Shown here: one piece after another, positions 21,181 to 30,580 of the stretch
Layout: the number at the start of each line of letters is the position of its first letter
Numbering within the stretch: the stretch's first letter is position 1
Assembly (NCBI GenBank): GCA_021647405.1
Contig: JAKIUU010000006.1
Location: 30,148-94,147 of the forward strand
Reading direction: 5' to 3'
Length of the DNA stretch: 64,000 nt
Origin: Flavobacteriaceae bacterium
GTDB taxonomy: Bacteria; Bacteroidota; Bacteroidia; Flavobacteriales; Flavobacteriaceae
Made by a program: the position numbers and the translations under genes
The notes under the pieces: model-generated
Seen by the model: only the letters and a program-made list of their open reading frames with translations
Database searches by the model: none
Told to the model about the DNA's origin: nothing

Positions 21181-23556
21181 TTATTTTGGACTTAAAACCA
21201 ACTTGTCTTTAGATTTTATAACCGTTTGTTTATTCATCAGCATGGGTCTAAACTGCCCCTTTATGTACATTTTGGCTTGGTCTTTATAATGCTTGCTAAA
21301 CGGGTTACCCGATTGCCCCGTGGGTAGAATACTCACACTGTTTTCTATATCAGAAAAATCTATGACACGGCGTGTAGAAGGCCCTGCATGCACCTTGTAT
21401 AATCCTTTGTCATTAAGGTTAAACATAAGATTGTTAATTACCTCGCGTGCCCCAGAGGCCTCAAAAGGACCTACATTTAAGAAACTGCTAAAAATAGGGG
21501 CTTTTTTGGTAATGGCATGGACGTGTTCTAGACTGTGTACTTTGTTCCACGTCCATTTATTTACATCTTTGCCTAATTGCATTTTTAAATCGCTAATAGT
21601 TTCTGTAAAAGCCGTAGTTAAAATATCTTGACGTGTTTCTGTTTTATCATTAGTTAAAACATTGTCCCACCAAACAGAACTGCCATTTTGAATCTGTTTA
21701 GACTCCATAATTTTAGCGATGTCTGTCCGCATAAATTGCGCAAAACCCTCTTCACCCAGTTCATCTGCATAGGTTTTGTGCATCACTTTATATACCCATT
21801 TATAATAAATGGTTGGGGCTATATTTTTTAACTGATTGTTGCCATCCCATTTTTTTAGGACTTCTAAAGCTTTTTTTTCAAGAGGATTAAGGTTTTTACT
21901 TTTTGACAAAATACTTACTAAAACAGCTGTATTGTCTGGGGTTTCAGACGATTTAACACCGGTAATCATCTTTTTAAAATCGACTTTGCTGAATTTTTCT
22001 TTACTTTCAAGAATACCAACTATACGCTTAGCACGATCTTTTGGCAAATAATAACCCGGATAAAAATAACCCCCATCAATACTGTCGGGTTGGTTGTTGG
22101 CCGAATACACATAACCCCAAGGCGGATTAATAGCTTGCGGGTTTTTAGAAAAATCTAAATATTTTATTGGTTCATCGTTACCACTGGCACCATCTAACAC
22201 AAATTTTGGATTGACGCCCTCATTAAATCGGTATAATTTACCCGAAGCCCACCACGCAATATTATTATCGGCATCGCCATACATCACATTTAAGCCCGGT
22301 GCGTGAATTAACGCGGCCCCTTTTTGAAATTCTTGAATGTTTGTGGCGTGACTCATAGTATACATCGCTTTGAGCGTTTTTATAGGAAACTGTGTGTAAA
22401 TCCAATGCATGGCCAATGGTGCTTTGTCTTTTATACCAGCTATTACATCATTCATTATGGGGCCGTGTTTAGAATAACGGACTTTCATAATAATATCATT
22501 GCCTTTTTTAACCTTAATGATTTTTGTTTTAGTTACAAAATCTTGCCAGCCTTCGGGTGTTTTATATTGATTTTCATTTTCAGGATTAACGCTTTCGCGA
22601 TAAAAATCGAGATCATCATTTTCAAACATCGTCAAACCATAAGCAATGCGGTGGTTATGGCCAAGTAAAGGAAAAGGAATACCTGCTAGGTGGTAGCCAT
22701 ATATTTCGTAATCGGGTGTTTTTAAATAAGCTTCGTACCAAACTCCTGGTTGCGCATAACTCATATGTGGGTCATTAGCAAACAGCACTTTTCCTGTAGC
22801 CGATTTACTGGGACCCACCACCCAACTATTACTCCCAATAAAAGGGCTTGGTATCTGATTAGCAACCATATTTGCAACTTCGGCTATCGGACTCGCAATG
22901 TTTTGATAGTTATTGTGAATCAAGGTCGTGTTTGGATCAGGCTTTAAACCGAGTTCCTCTAAATAAAGGGGCTTTAGATTTTTCTTTACTTCGGTAAAAA
23001 ACGGATCTGCCTTTTGAGCCATGGCAAAACTAAAGGACATATAGCCAAATACATTATACACATCGTTAATGGTATAATGTGTTTTTTTAGTGCCTGTTAT
23101 AAGGTATTCAACTGGCGTAGGGCCCTTATCAATAAATTGATTGATACCGTTTAAATAAGCTTGTGTATATTTATATTGTTGGGTGTTTTTATCTAACTCT
23201 AATACGGCCTTTTTTGAGGCTTCCTCCAATCCCATACTGGCAAAAAATTTATCGGTTTCAATTAAATCTTTACCAAATATTTCTGATAAACGCCCTGGGG
23301 CTATACGCCTGATAACTTCCATTTGCCACAAACGGTCTTGCGCATGTACATAACCCAAAGCCGTATAAGCATCAGGCTGATTTTGGGCATAAATATGTGG
23401 CACACCATAAGTGTCGTAATAAACTTCAACCTTATCTGACAAACCTTTTAGCTTTAAATTGCCACTGTATTGGGGTTTTAAACTGTTTACAAAATACCAT
23501 AAGCCTAGGGCCAGTATTACAACGATGGTGAGGAATACTTTGAGAAATTTTTTCAT
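21181..23556 (-). CDS. penicillin-acylase-family Ntn hydrolase (possible acyl-homoserine-lactone acylase)
   Basis: 791 aa with a signal peptide. An internal GSNSWVV motif fits the autoprocessing site and N-terminal Ser nucleophile of the beta chain. Confidence 0.8.
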   Translation of the reverse strand: MKKFLKVFLTIVVILALGLWYFVNSLKPQYSGNLKLKGLSDKVEVYYDTYGVPHIYAQNQPDAYTALGYVHAQDRLWQMEVIRRIAPGRLSEIFGKDLIETDKFFASMGLEEASKKAVLELDKNTQQYKYTQAYLNGINQFIDKGPTPVEYLITGTKKTHYTINDVYNVFGYMSFSFAMAQKADPFFTEVKKNLKPLYLEELGLKPDPNTTLIHNNYQNIASPIAEVANMVANQIPSPFIGSNSWVVGPSKSATGKVLFANDPHMSYAQPGVWYEAYLKTPDYEIYGYHLAGIPFPLLGHNHRIAYGLTMFENDDLDFYRESVNPENENQYKTPEGWQDFVTKTKIIKVKKGNDIIMKVRYSKHGPIMNDVIAGIKDKAPLAMHWIYTQFPIKTLKAMYTMSHATNIQEFQKGAALIHAPGLNVMYGDADNNIAWWASGKLYRFNEGVNPKFVLDGASGNDEPIKYLDFSKNPQAINPPWGYVYSANNQPDSIDGGYFYPGYYLPKDRAKRIVGILESKEKFSKVDFKKMITGVKSSETPDNTAVLVSILSKSKNLNPLEKKALEVLKKWDGNNQLKNIAPTIYYKWVYKVMHKTYADELGEEGFAQFMRTDIAKIMESKQIQNGSSVWWDNVLTNDKTETRQDILTTAFTETISDLKMQLGKDVNKWTWNKVHSLEHVHAITKKAPIFSSFLNVGPFEASGAREVINNLMFNLNDKGLYKVHAGPSTRRVIDFSDIENSVSILPTGQSGNPFSKHYKDQAKMYIKGQFRPMLMNKQTVIKSKDKLVLSPK

Positions 23557-23584
23557 TTAATTGCTATATTTTTACTTGATGACT

Positions 23585-23592
23585 CAAATATA
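23585..23592 (-). promoter_or_regulatory. -7 box TATATTTG upstream of the acylase gene
   Basis: TAnnTTTG match on the minus strand, 29 nt before the ATG at 23556. No clean -33 element. Confidence 0.3.
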
Positions 23593-23702
23593 AAAGATTA
23601 AGCTGATTAATAGACTAGAATTAAATAAAATTTAGCTGGTTTATACGTGCTATTTTAATAGCACCCCCTCGCTGGTGTGCGCCTCTTGCGCGTACCAATG
23701 AT

Positions 23703-23744
23703 TAAAAAATAAGACCTCCTAGGTTTTAAAAACCTAGGAGGTCT
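23703..23744 (-). terminator. strong rho-independent terminator (second of two after ctaD)
   Basis: Perfect 16-bp arms, AGACCTCCTAGGTTTT/AAAACCTAGGAGGTCT, followed on the minus strand by UAUUUUUU. Confidence 0.6.
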
Positions 23745-23811
23745 CTGTAATATCTCTTTATAAACTACCACGCTATAATAGGCGTGGTGGGATTGGTGGG
23801 GTTAATCATAT

Positions 23812-23846
23812 AAAAAAGCCTCAAAACAGTATTTTGAAGCTTTTTT
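23812..23846 (-). terminator. rho-independent terminator immediately after ctaD
   Basis: On the minus strand, GCUUCAAAA-uacug-UUUUGAGGC forms a stem with one G-U pair (a wobble only on this strand), followed by UUUUUU. It begins 19 nt after the stop codon. Confidence 0.6.
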
Positions 23847-23864
23847 ATAGTTGTCAAATTGCTT

Positions 23865-25634
23865 TTATAACATTTCTTCGTCTGGTCTGGCAGGGACTAC
23901 CTGTGGGGTAAAATCCTGACCATCGTAAAATTCGCCATTTTCATCTGTTTTGCTATAATCATAAGCCCAACGGTGCACTTCTGGTATTTCGCCTGGCCAA
24001 TTGCCATGTATGTGCTCTACTGGGGTTGTCCATTCTAATGAATTAGATTTCCAAGGATTTTTAGGAGCTATAGGTCCTTTCTTCATACTAAAAAAGAAGT
24101 TGGCAAAAAAGAGTATTTGTGCCAATCCGCCAATTATGGCAAATATTGTAATAACATGATTTATATGTAATAAATCGTCAAAAATAGGAAATGCTGAATT
24201 GGTATAATAACGTCTTGGCAAACCTGCCAATCCAAGAAAATGCATCGGGAAGAATACACCATAAGAGGCTATTATGGTGAGCCAAAAGTGCATATAACCC
24301 AAGTTTTTATTCATCATTCTGCCATACATTTTAGGAAACCAATGGTAAATACCTGCAAACATGCCTAAAATAGCCGAAACGCCCATTACCAAATGGAAAT
24401 GTGCCACCACAAACATGGTATCGTGCACGTTAATATCTAAAGCGCTATCGCCCAGAACAATACCTGTAAGACCTCCTGTTATAAAGGTTGAAACCAATCC
24501 TATAGAAAATAACATAGCAGGATTGAGCTGTAAATTGCCTTTCCATAAAGTCGTTATATAATTAAAGGCTTTAACAGCCGATGGGATGGCAATGAGCAGT
24601 GTGGTAAAGGTAAATACCGACCCTAAAAACGGATTCATTCCTGTTACAAACATATGATGCCCCCAAACGATAGTTGATAAAAAAGCAATGGCAATAATTG
24701 AACCTATCATGGCGCGGTATCCAAAAATTGGTTTACGCGAATTGGTGGCAATAATTTCTGATGTTATGCCCAAAGCAGGCAGCAGAACGATATATACCTC
24801 AGGATGGCCTAAAAACCAAAACAGGTGTTCAAATAAAATGGGCGAACCGCCTTGGTAGTGTAATACTTCGCCTTGAATAAAAATATCTGACAAATAAAAA
24901 GATGTGCCAAAACTACGGTCGAAAATCAACAATAAAGCTGCCGATAATAAAACTGGGAATGATACCACGCCAATAATTGCTGTTACAAAAAAGGCCCAAA
25001 TAGTTAAAGGTAAACGGGTCATTTTCATACCAATGGTACGTAAATTTAGAACTGTAACAATGTAATTTAAAGCACCTAATAATGAAGAAGCAATAAAAAT
25101 AGCCATTGAAATCAACCACAATGTCATACCTAATCCAGAACCAGGCATGGCCTGTGGTAAAGCACTTAAAGGTGGATAAATTGTCCATCCTGCAGAAGCA
25201 GGTCCTGTTTCAATAAAAAGTGATGAGACCATGATAACACTTGATAAGAAAAACAGCCAATATGAAATCATATTTAAAAGTCCCGAAGCCATATCGCGGG
25301 CGCCAATTTGCAAAGGAATGAGCAGGTTGCTAAAAGTACCACTTAAACCAGCTGTTAGTACAAAAAATACCATTATTGTACCGTGTATGGTCACCAAAGA
25401 CAGGTACATATCTGGTGTCATAACGCCACCGTCTTGACCGCGACCTAGAAAAGCTTCAATTAAACTAAAAGAGGTGTCTGGATATGATAACTGCAAACGG
25501 AATAGCATAGACATAAACAGCCCTATAAGTCCCATAAACATACCTGTAATAAGGTATTGTTTGGCTATCATTTTATGATCTTTACTAAAAATGTATTTGG
25601 TTACAAAAGTCTCTTTATGATGGTGTTCAGACAT
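23865..25634 (-). CDS. ctaD: cytochrome c oxidase subunit I (heme-copper oxidase)
   Basis: 589 aa, polytopic membrane protein. It has the canonical GHPEVY and HHMF His-ligand motifs. Confidence 0.9.
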   Translation of the reverse strand: MSEHHHKETFVTKYIFSKDHKMIAKQYLITGMFMGLIGLFMSMLFRLQLSYPDTSFSLIEAFLGRGQDGGVMTPDMYLSLVTIHGTIMVFFVLTAGLSGTFSNLLIPLQIGARDMASGLLNMISYWLFFLSSVIMVSSLFIETGPASAGWTIYPPLSALPQAMPGSGLGMTLWLISMAIFIASSLLGALNYIVTVLNLRTIGMKMTRLPLTIWAFFVTAIIGVVSFPVLLSAALLLIFDRSFGTSFYLSDIFIQGEVLHYQGGSPILFEHLFWFLGHPEVYIVLLPALGITSEIIATNSRKPIFGYRAMIGSIIAIAFLSTIVWGHHMFVTGMNPFLGSVFTFTTLLIAIPSAVKAFNYITTLWKGNLQLNPAMLFSIGLVSTFITGGLTGIVLGDSALDINVHDTMFVVAHFHLVMGVSAILGMFAGIYHWFPKMYGRMMNKNLGYMHFWLTIIASYGVFFPMHFLGLAGLPRRYYTNSAFPIFDDLLHINHVITIFAIIGGLAQILFFANFFFSMKKGPIAPKNPWKSNSLEWTTPVEHIHGNWPGEIPEVHRWAYDYSKTDENGEFYDGQDFTPQVVPARPDEEML

Positions 25635-25660
25635 AAGTTGATTTTTTTAGTTGGTAATTA

Positions 25661-26680
25661 TTAATTTAGTACTTGTGCCAATGTTTTTTGAGAAGCTAAC
25701 CAATCATTAAACTCTGATTCTTCTACAACAACAATTTTCATTTGCATATTATAGTGTGAAGATCCGCAAATTTTATTACAAAGTAACAAATAGTCAAAGG
25801 TATAAGGATCTTCTCCTTTTTCTTTACGCAATACATTTATGTTATTTACTTTGGTAATAATGTCTTCATTTTTACGCATTTCTACAGTTGTTACTGTTGG
25901 GGTAAATGCAAAATGTGTAGTCATACCAGGCACACAATTCATCTGTGCGCGAAAATGAGGCATGTATGCCGAATGAATTACGTCTTGAGACCTAAAATTA
26001 AAAACCACTTTACGCCCCTTAGGTAAATATAAAACACGTGAAGGGACATCGTCTAAAGCATAGCTATCTTTTAAATTAACACCCATGGTGTTTTTACCTT
26101 TTATATAACGCACATTTCCTTGCCCTAATGTGTTATCATTACCTGCATAACGTGCTTCCCACTGAAATTGTTTGGCATAAATTTCGATTACCAAGGGGTT
26201 TTCGGCGTCAGAAGAATCCATAACATCATTCCATGTCCATAAACCATACCCTATCAATCCTGTTAAAACGATGGCTGGAATAATGGTCCAAATAAATTCT
26301 AACTTGGCACTGTCTGCAAAGAAAATGGCTTTTCTACCTTTTATACCTCTGTATTTAAAAGTAAAATAATAAATTAAAAACTGTGTGATAAATTGTACCG
26401 TAAAGATGAGACACATTGTTATGATAAACAAATTATCGATGTGATGTCCTTCTAATGAGGCCGATAAACGGGGCAGCAATACATCGCGCCCCCTAAACAT
26501 TGAAGTTAGCATGAGGCCGTAAATAAATACCATAAGGCCAAGCATTAACCAGCCGTTTATGTTATTTTCTTTTTCGGTTGCTGTAGCGTCTTTAACTTTT
26601 GTCAATCCTAATATCTTAACAAATTGCCAACAGGCAACTATTAAGGCAATAAAGATTAAAATAAAAAAAAGTGCATTCAT
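25661..26680 (-). CDS. ctaC: cytochrome c oxidase subunit II (CuA; no fused cytochrome c domain)
   Basis: 339 aa with the CuA motif CNKICGSSHYNM and two or more N-terminal transmembrane helices. No CxxCH motif present. Confidence 0.9.
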   Translation of the reverse strand: MNALFFILIFIALIVACWQFVKILGLTKVKDATATEKENNINGWLMLGLMVFIYGLMLTSMFRGRDVLLPRLSASLEGHHIDNLFIITMCLIFTVQFITQFLIYYFTFKYRGIKGRKAIFFADSAKLEFIWTIIPAIVLTGLIGYGLWTWNDVMDSSDAENPLVIEIYAKQFQWEARYAGNDNTLGQGNVRYIKGKNTMGVNLKDSYALDDVPSRVLYLPKGRKVVFNFRSQDVIHSAYMPHFRAQMNCVPGMTTHFAFTPTVTTVEMRKNEDIITKVNNINVLRKEKGEDPYTFDYLLLCNKICGSSHYNMQMKIVVVEESEFNDWLASQKTLAQVLN

Positions 26681-26702
26681 AAATTATTGATTCTTGATTT
26701 TT

Positions 26703-28052
26703 TTAGTAATGGTAATGCTCACTTTCTTTCATAAATGGATTGCCCTTTGCATGTAATGGTGCTTTGGTTAAAGCATTAAATACAACATACACAAACAAAC
26801 CTAAAAAGAAAAATACAGCACTAATTTCTGAAACGCCAACTTGCCAGTGGTTTCCTACAGTTCCTGGTGTAATCATTACGTAAATATCTACATAATGACC
26901 TATTAAAATAATAATTCCTGTTAAAATTATAAACCAAGGCAAACGTTTGTAATCACTATTCATCAATATTAAAATTGGGAAAACAAAATTTAAGACAACC
27001 ATTCCGATAAATAGGGGCTGGTATGTGCCTAAGAGTCTTGGTGTAAAATAAGCTGTTTCTTCGGGCATATTGGCATACCATATCAGCATGAATTGTGAAA
27101 ACCATAAATAGGTCCAAAAAATACTAAATCCAAACATAAATTTGGCCAAATCATGTAAATGACTGTCGTTTACATGGGGTAGAAATCCTTTCTGTCTCAA
27201 ATAAATAGTTACCATTGCGATAACAGTAATAGCCGATACTATTAATGTTGAGAATACATACCAACCAAATAAAGAACTTTGCCAGTGCGGTGTTAAAGAC
27301 ATGATCCAATCCCAAGACATTATAGATTCTGTTATGGCAAAGAATAGTAAGAAAAATACAGATGCTTTAAAATTCTTTTTATAATGTACTAAATTAGATG
27401 CTGTATCTTGTAAAAGCGAATGTTTTCTAGAAAAATAGCGGTAAAAATTCCATCCCAATAAAAAGACAAAAGTACGAATCATCCAAAAAGGGATATTGAG
27501 CCACCAGCTTTTAGCCATTAAAATTTCGTCGTAATCTACACTTTGTGGGTCATATAAATCAGGGTTCATCCACACATATAAATGATTTCCGTGTGCGGCT
27601 GAAATTATTAAAAATGCCAACATAAATAAAGATCCAGGTAGCAAATAGGCAGTTATGCCTTCCATAACTCTAAAGAGCACAATAGACCAACCTGCTTGCG
27701 AGGCGTATTGAATGGCATAAAATGCCAAGGCACCTAAGGCAATCATAAAAAAGAAAAAAATGGCTATAAAAACAGCCGCCCAAGGTCTGTTTTGCATGGC
27801 GTGCAAGGCATGTGTAAGATGGGCTTCTTCAGTATTATCTTTTGCCTCTGTATTGTGCTTATCTTCTTGAACTTTATGTGTTGTTACTTCTTTATGTGCT
27901 GTATCTGTTTGATGGTCTTGATTATGAGACATCATTTCTTTTACATCAGCTGTAGAACTAGGAACATTATAAAAGCTATAAGCCAAACCTAAAGCACCTA
28001 AAATCATTAAAACGATGGCTCCTAATCTTAATCTATTTGAAAAACTATACAT
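26703..28052 (-). CDS. actF: alternative complex III subunit ActF (NrfD-like membrane subunit)
   Basis: 449 aa polytopic protein in the final position of the actABCDEF gene order. Confidence 0.75.
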   Translation of the reverse strand: MYSFSNRLRLGAIVLMILGALGLAYSFYNVPSSTADVKEMMSHNQDHQTDTAHKEVTTHKVQEDKHNTEAKDNTEEAHLTHALHAMQNRPWAAVFIAIFFFFMIALGALAFYAIQYASQAGWSIVLFRVMEGITAYLLPGSLFMLAFLIISAAHGNHLYVWMNPDLYDPQSVDYDEILMAKSWWLNIPFWMIRTFVFLLGWNFYRYFSRKHSLLQDTASNLVHYKKNFKASVFFLLFFAITESIMSWDWIMSLTPHWQSSLFGWYVFSTLIVSAITVIAMVTIYLRQKGFLPHVNDSHLHDLAKFMFGFSIFWTYLWFSQFMLIWYANMPEETAYFTPRLLGTYQPLFIGMVVLNFVFPILILMNSDYKRLPWFIILTGIIILIGHYVDIYVMITPGTVGNHWQVGVSEISAVFFFLGLFVYVVFNALTKAPLHAKGNPFMKESEHYHY

Positions 28053-28085
28053 ATCTTTTATATTCTATCTAATTTTTGATGTGTT

Positions 28086-28646
28086 TTATTGTTGCAAATC
28101 TGCTCTGAGTTTTTGTACATATTGAACTATTTGCCAACGCTCTTTATCTTTTAATTGCGAGGCATGAGAGCCCATCATATTTCTACCATACATAATAACA
28201 TGGTAAATAGTACCTTCGTTTATGTTTCTGTCTTTGTAATTTGGAATCCCTAAAAACTTTTCTCTTTGTGCTAAAACACCTTGGCCGTCTCCTTTAGGAC
28301 CATGGCATGATATACAATAAATAGTGTACATTGCTTTTCCTTTGGCAAGATTTACCTCGTTTACTTCTAAAGGTGATTTTATTGTTTTTCTAGCCAAATT
28401 ATATCCTTCTTCTGAGTTTGGAATTTCATAAGGTCTTTCGCCTCTAAAAATAGTACCTTCAACAGGTGCTTGTGCTTCCATGCCATTTTTAAAATTAGGA
28501 TTGGTTCCGTAGGTTTCATAACTAACCGCATTATACATGTCAGTACTGGCCATGTAACGTACATTGGGTTTGCGTTTATCGCTGTAACAAGAACTCGAAC
28601 CTATTGCTAATACAGTTATTATTACTATGTTAAATATATGTTTCAT
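28086..28646 (-). CDS. actE: alternative complex III monoheme cytochrome c subunit ActE
   Basis: 186 aa with a lipoprotein-like signal (SSSC) and a single CISCH heme-binding motif. Confidence 0.8.
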   Translation of the reverse strand: MKHIFNIVIITVLAIGSSSCYSDKRKPNVRYMASTDMYNAVSYETYGTNPNFKNGMEAQAPVEGTIFRGERPYEIPNSEEGYNLARKTIKSPLEVNEVNLAKGKAMYTIYCISCHGPKGDGQGVLAQREKFLGIPNYKDRNINEGTIYHVIMYGRNMMGSHASQLKDKERWQIVQYVQKLRADLQQ

Positions 28647-28651
28647 TGTTC

Positions 28652-29170
28652 TTATGCTTTTGTTTTAATTTCTTTAGCACCCGATTTTTTTAGCAATGTT
28701 TCTAAATCACTGCTGTCGTCTTTTGTAAAAACTTCTACCATAAAATGATCGTCTGTTGTTCTTACATCTGGATTTTCGGCTTCTTTAAAAGGCCATAATT
28801 TACTGCGCATATAAAAAGTAATTACCATTAAGTGGGCCGCAAAAAATACTGTAAGTTCAAACATAATAGGCACAAAAGATGGCATATTCTCAGCAAAAGT
28901 AAAATTAGGTTTACCTCCTATATTCATAGGCCAATCTTGAATCATCATGTAATTCATCATCCATACTGCAAAAGAAAGACCTATAACACCATAAATAAAT
29001 GATGTAATAGCGATTCTTGTATTGGGAATACCCACAGCTTTTTCAAGACCATGAACAGGAAATGGTGTAAAAACTTCGTCTATATGATAGTCTGCATCTC
29101 TTAAGTCTTTAACAGCACTTAAGAGTACATCGTCATCATCAAATAGGGCTTGTATAACTTTATGACTCAT
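28652..29170 (-). CDS. actD: alternative complex III subunit ActD (DUF3341-like)
   Basis: 172 aa with two central transmembrane helices. It lies between actC and actE and overlaps actC by 11 nt. Confidence 0.7.
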   Translation of the reverse strand: MSHKVIQALFDDDDVLLSAVKDLRDADYHIDEVFTPFPVHGLEKAVGIPNTRIAITSFIYGVIGLSFAVWMMNYMMIQDWPMNIGGKPNFTFAENMPSFVPIMFELTVFFAAHLMVITFYMRSKLWPFKEAENPDVRTTDDHFMVEVFTKDDSSDLETLLKKSGAKEIKTKA

Positions 29171-30557
29171 GATTTTCTTCTCTTAATTTTTTATAATTTT
29201 CTCCTGATGATTTTAAGATACTTTTTAATTCTGCTTGTGCAATTACTGGAAATGTTCTGGAATACAGTAAAAATAGCACAAAGAAAAAGCCTATGGTACC
29301 AATAAATACGGCAATGTCAACATAAGTCGGTGAAAACATTGCCCACGTTGATGGTAAGTGCCCACGACTTAAATCGATTACAATAATATCAAAACGCTCA
29401 AACCACATACCTATGTTTATAACAATAGAAATAAAGAATGACCACATATAGCTTGTTCTTAATTTTTTAAACCAAAGGGATTGAGGGATAATAAAGTTAC
29501 AGGTTATTAGTGCCCAAAATGCCCACCAATAGGGGCCTGTTGCAGCACCAACCGATAAGTATGTGTAATCTTCGTAACTACTACCACTGTACCATCCAAT
29601 AAAAAATTCAGTTATATAGGCTACCGATACGATCCCTCCTGTAAGCAGAATTACTTTATTCATATTTTCAATATGAATATTTGTAATATAAGCTTCTAAA
29701 TTAGATACCTTACGCATAATTATTAGCAAGGTTTGTACCATGGCAAATCCAGAAAATATAGCACCCGCCACAAAATAAGGTGGAAAAATTGTACTGTGCC
29801 ATCCGGGCATTATGGAAGTGGCAAAATCCATAGATACAATGGTGTGAACAGACAATACCAAAGGTGTAGCCAAACCTGCTAAAACCAAAGACACCTCTTC
29901 AAAACGTTGCCAATCTTTTAACCTGCCAGACCATCCAAAACTCAACAAACTGTATATCTTCTTTTGAAAAGGCTTTACAGCACGGTCTCTAAGCATTGCA
30001 AAATCTGGTAACAAGCCTGTGTACCAAAAGACTATTGACACAGATAGATATGTTGAGATTGCAAATACATCCCATAATAATGGTGAGTTAAAATTAACCC
30101 ATAAGTTACCCAAAGCATTGGGCAATGGTAAAACGTAAAAAGCATTCCAAACACGACCCATGTGTATTATTGGAAATAAACCTGCTTGAAAAACTGCAAA
30201 AATTGTCATTGCTTCTGCCGAACGGTTGATACCCATACGCCATTTTTGACGGAATAATAAAAGTACTGCCGAAATCAATGTCCCAGCATGACCAATACCT
30301 ACCCACCATACAAAGTTGGTAATATCCCAAGCCCAGTTTATTTTATTATTTAAACCCCATACGCCTATACCAGTTCCTATGGTATACATAATTGCGCCTA
30401 GCCCATATAAAAAGGCTGTTAAAGCTATTAAAAATGCAATCCACCATAATTTGTTTGCTTTACCTTCAACAGGCGCTGCAACATCATTAGTAATATCATG
30501 GAAACTTTTATTACCAGTAATTAAGGGTTCTCTTATGGGTGCTTCGTAATGAGACAT
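29160..30557 (-). CDS. actC: alternative complex III quinol-interacting membrane subunit ActC (NrfD/PsrC family)
   Basis: 465 aa polytopic membrane protein positioned directly after actB. Confidence 0.85.
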   Translation of the reverse strand: MSHYEAPIREPLITGNKSFHDITNDVAAPVEGKANKLWWIAFLIALTAFLYGLGAIMYTIGTGIGVWGLNNKINWAWDITNFVWWVGIGHAGTLISAVLLLFRQKWRMGINRSAEAMTIFAVFQAGLFPIIHMGRVWNAFYVLPLPNALGNLWVNFNSPLLWDVFAISTYLSVSIVFWYTGLLPDFAMLRDRAVKPFQKKIYSLLSFGWSGRLKDWQRFEEVSLVLAGLATPLVLSVHTIVSMDFATSIMPGWHSTIFPPYFVAGAIFSGFAMVQTLLIIMRKVSNLEAYITNIHIENMNKVILLTGGIVSVAYITEFFIGWYSGSSYEDYTYLSVGAATGPYWWAFWALITCNFIIPQSLWFKKLRTSYMWSFFISIVINIGMWFERFDIIVIDLSRGHLPSTWAMFSPTYVDIAVFIGTIGFFFVLFLLYSRTFPVIAQAELKSILKSSGENYKKLREENHES

Positions 30558-30580
30558 AATCTGTTTTAAATCTTTATTAT

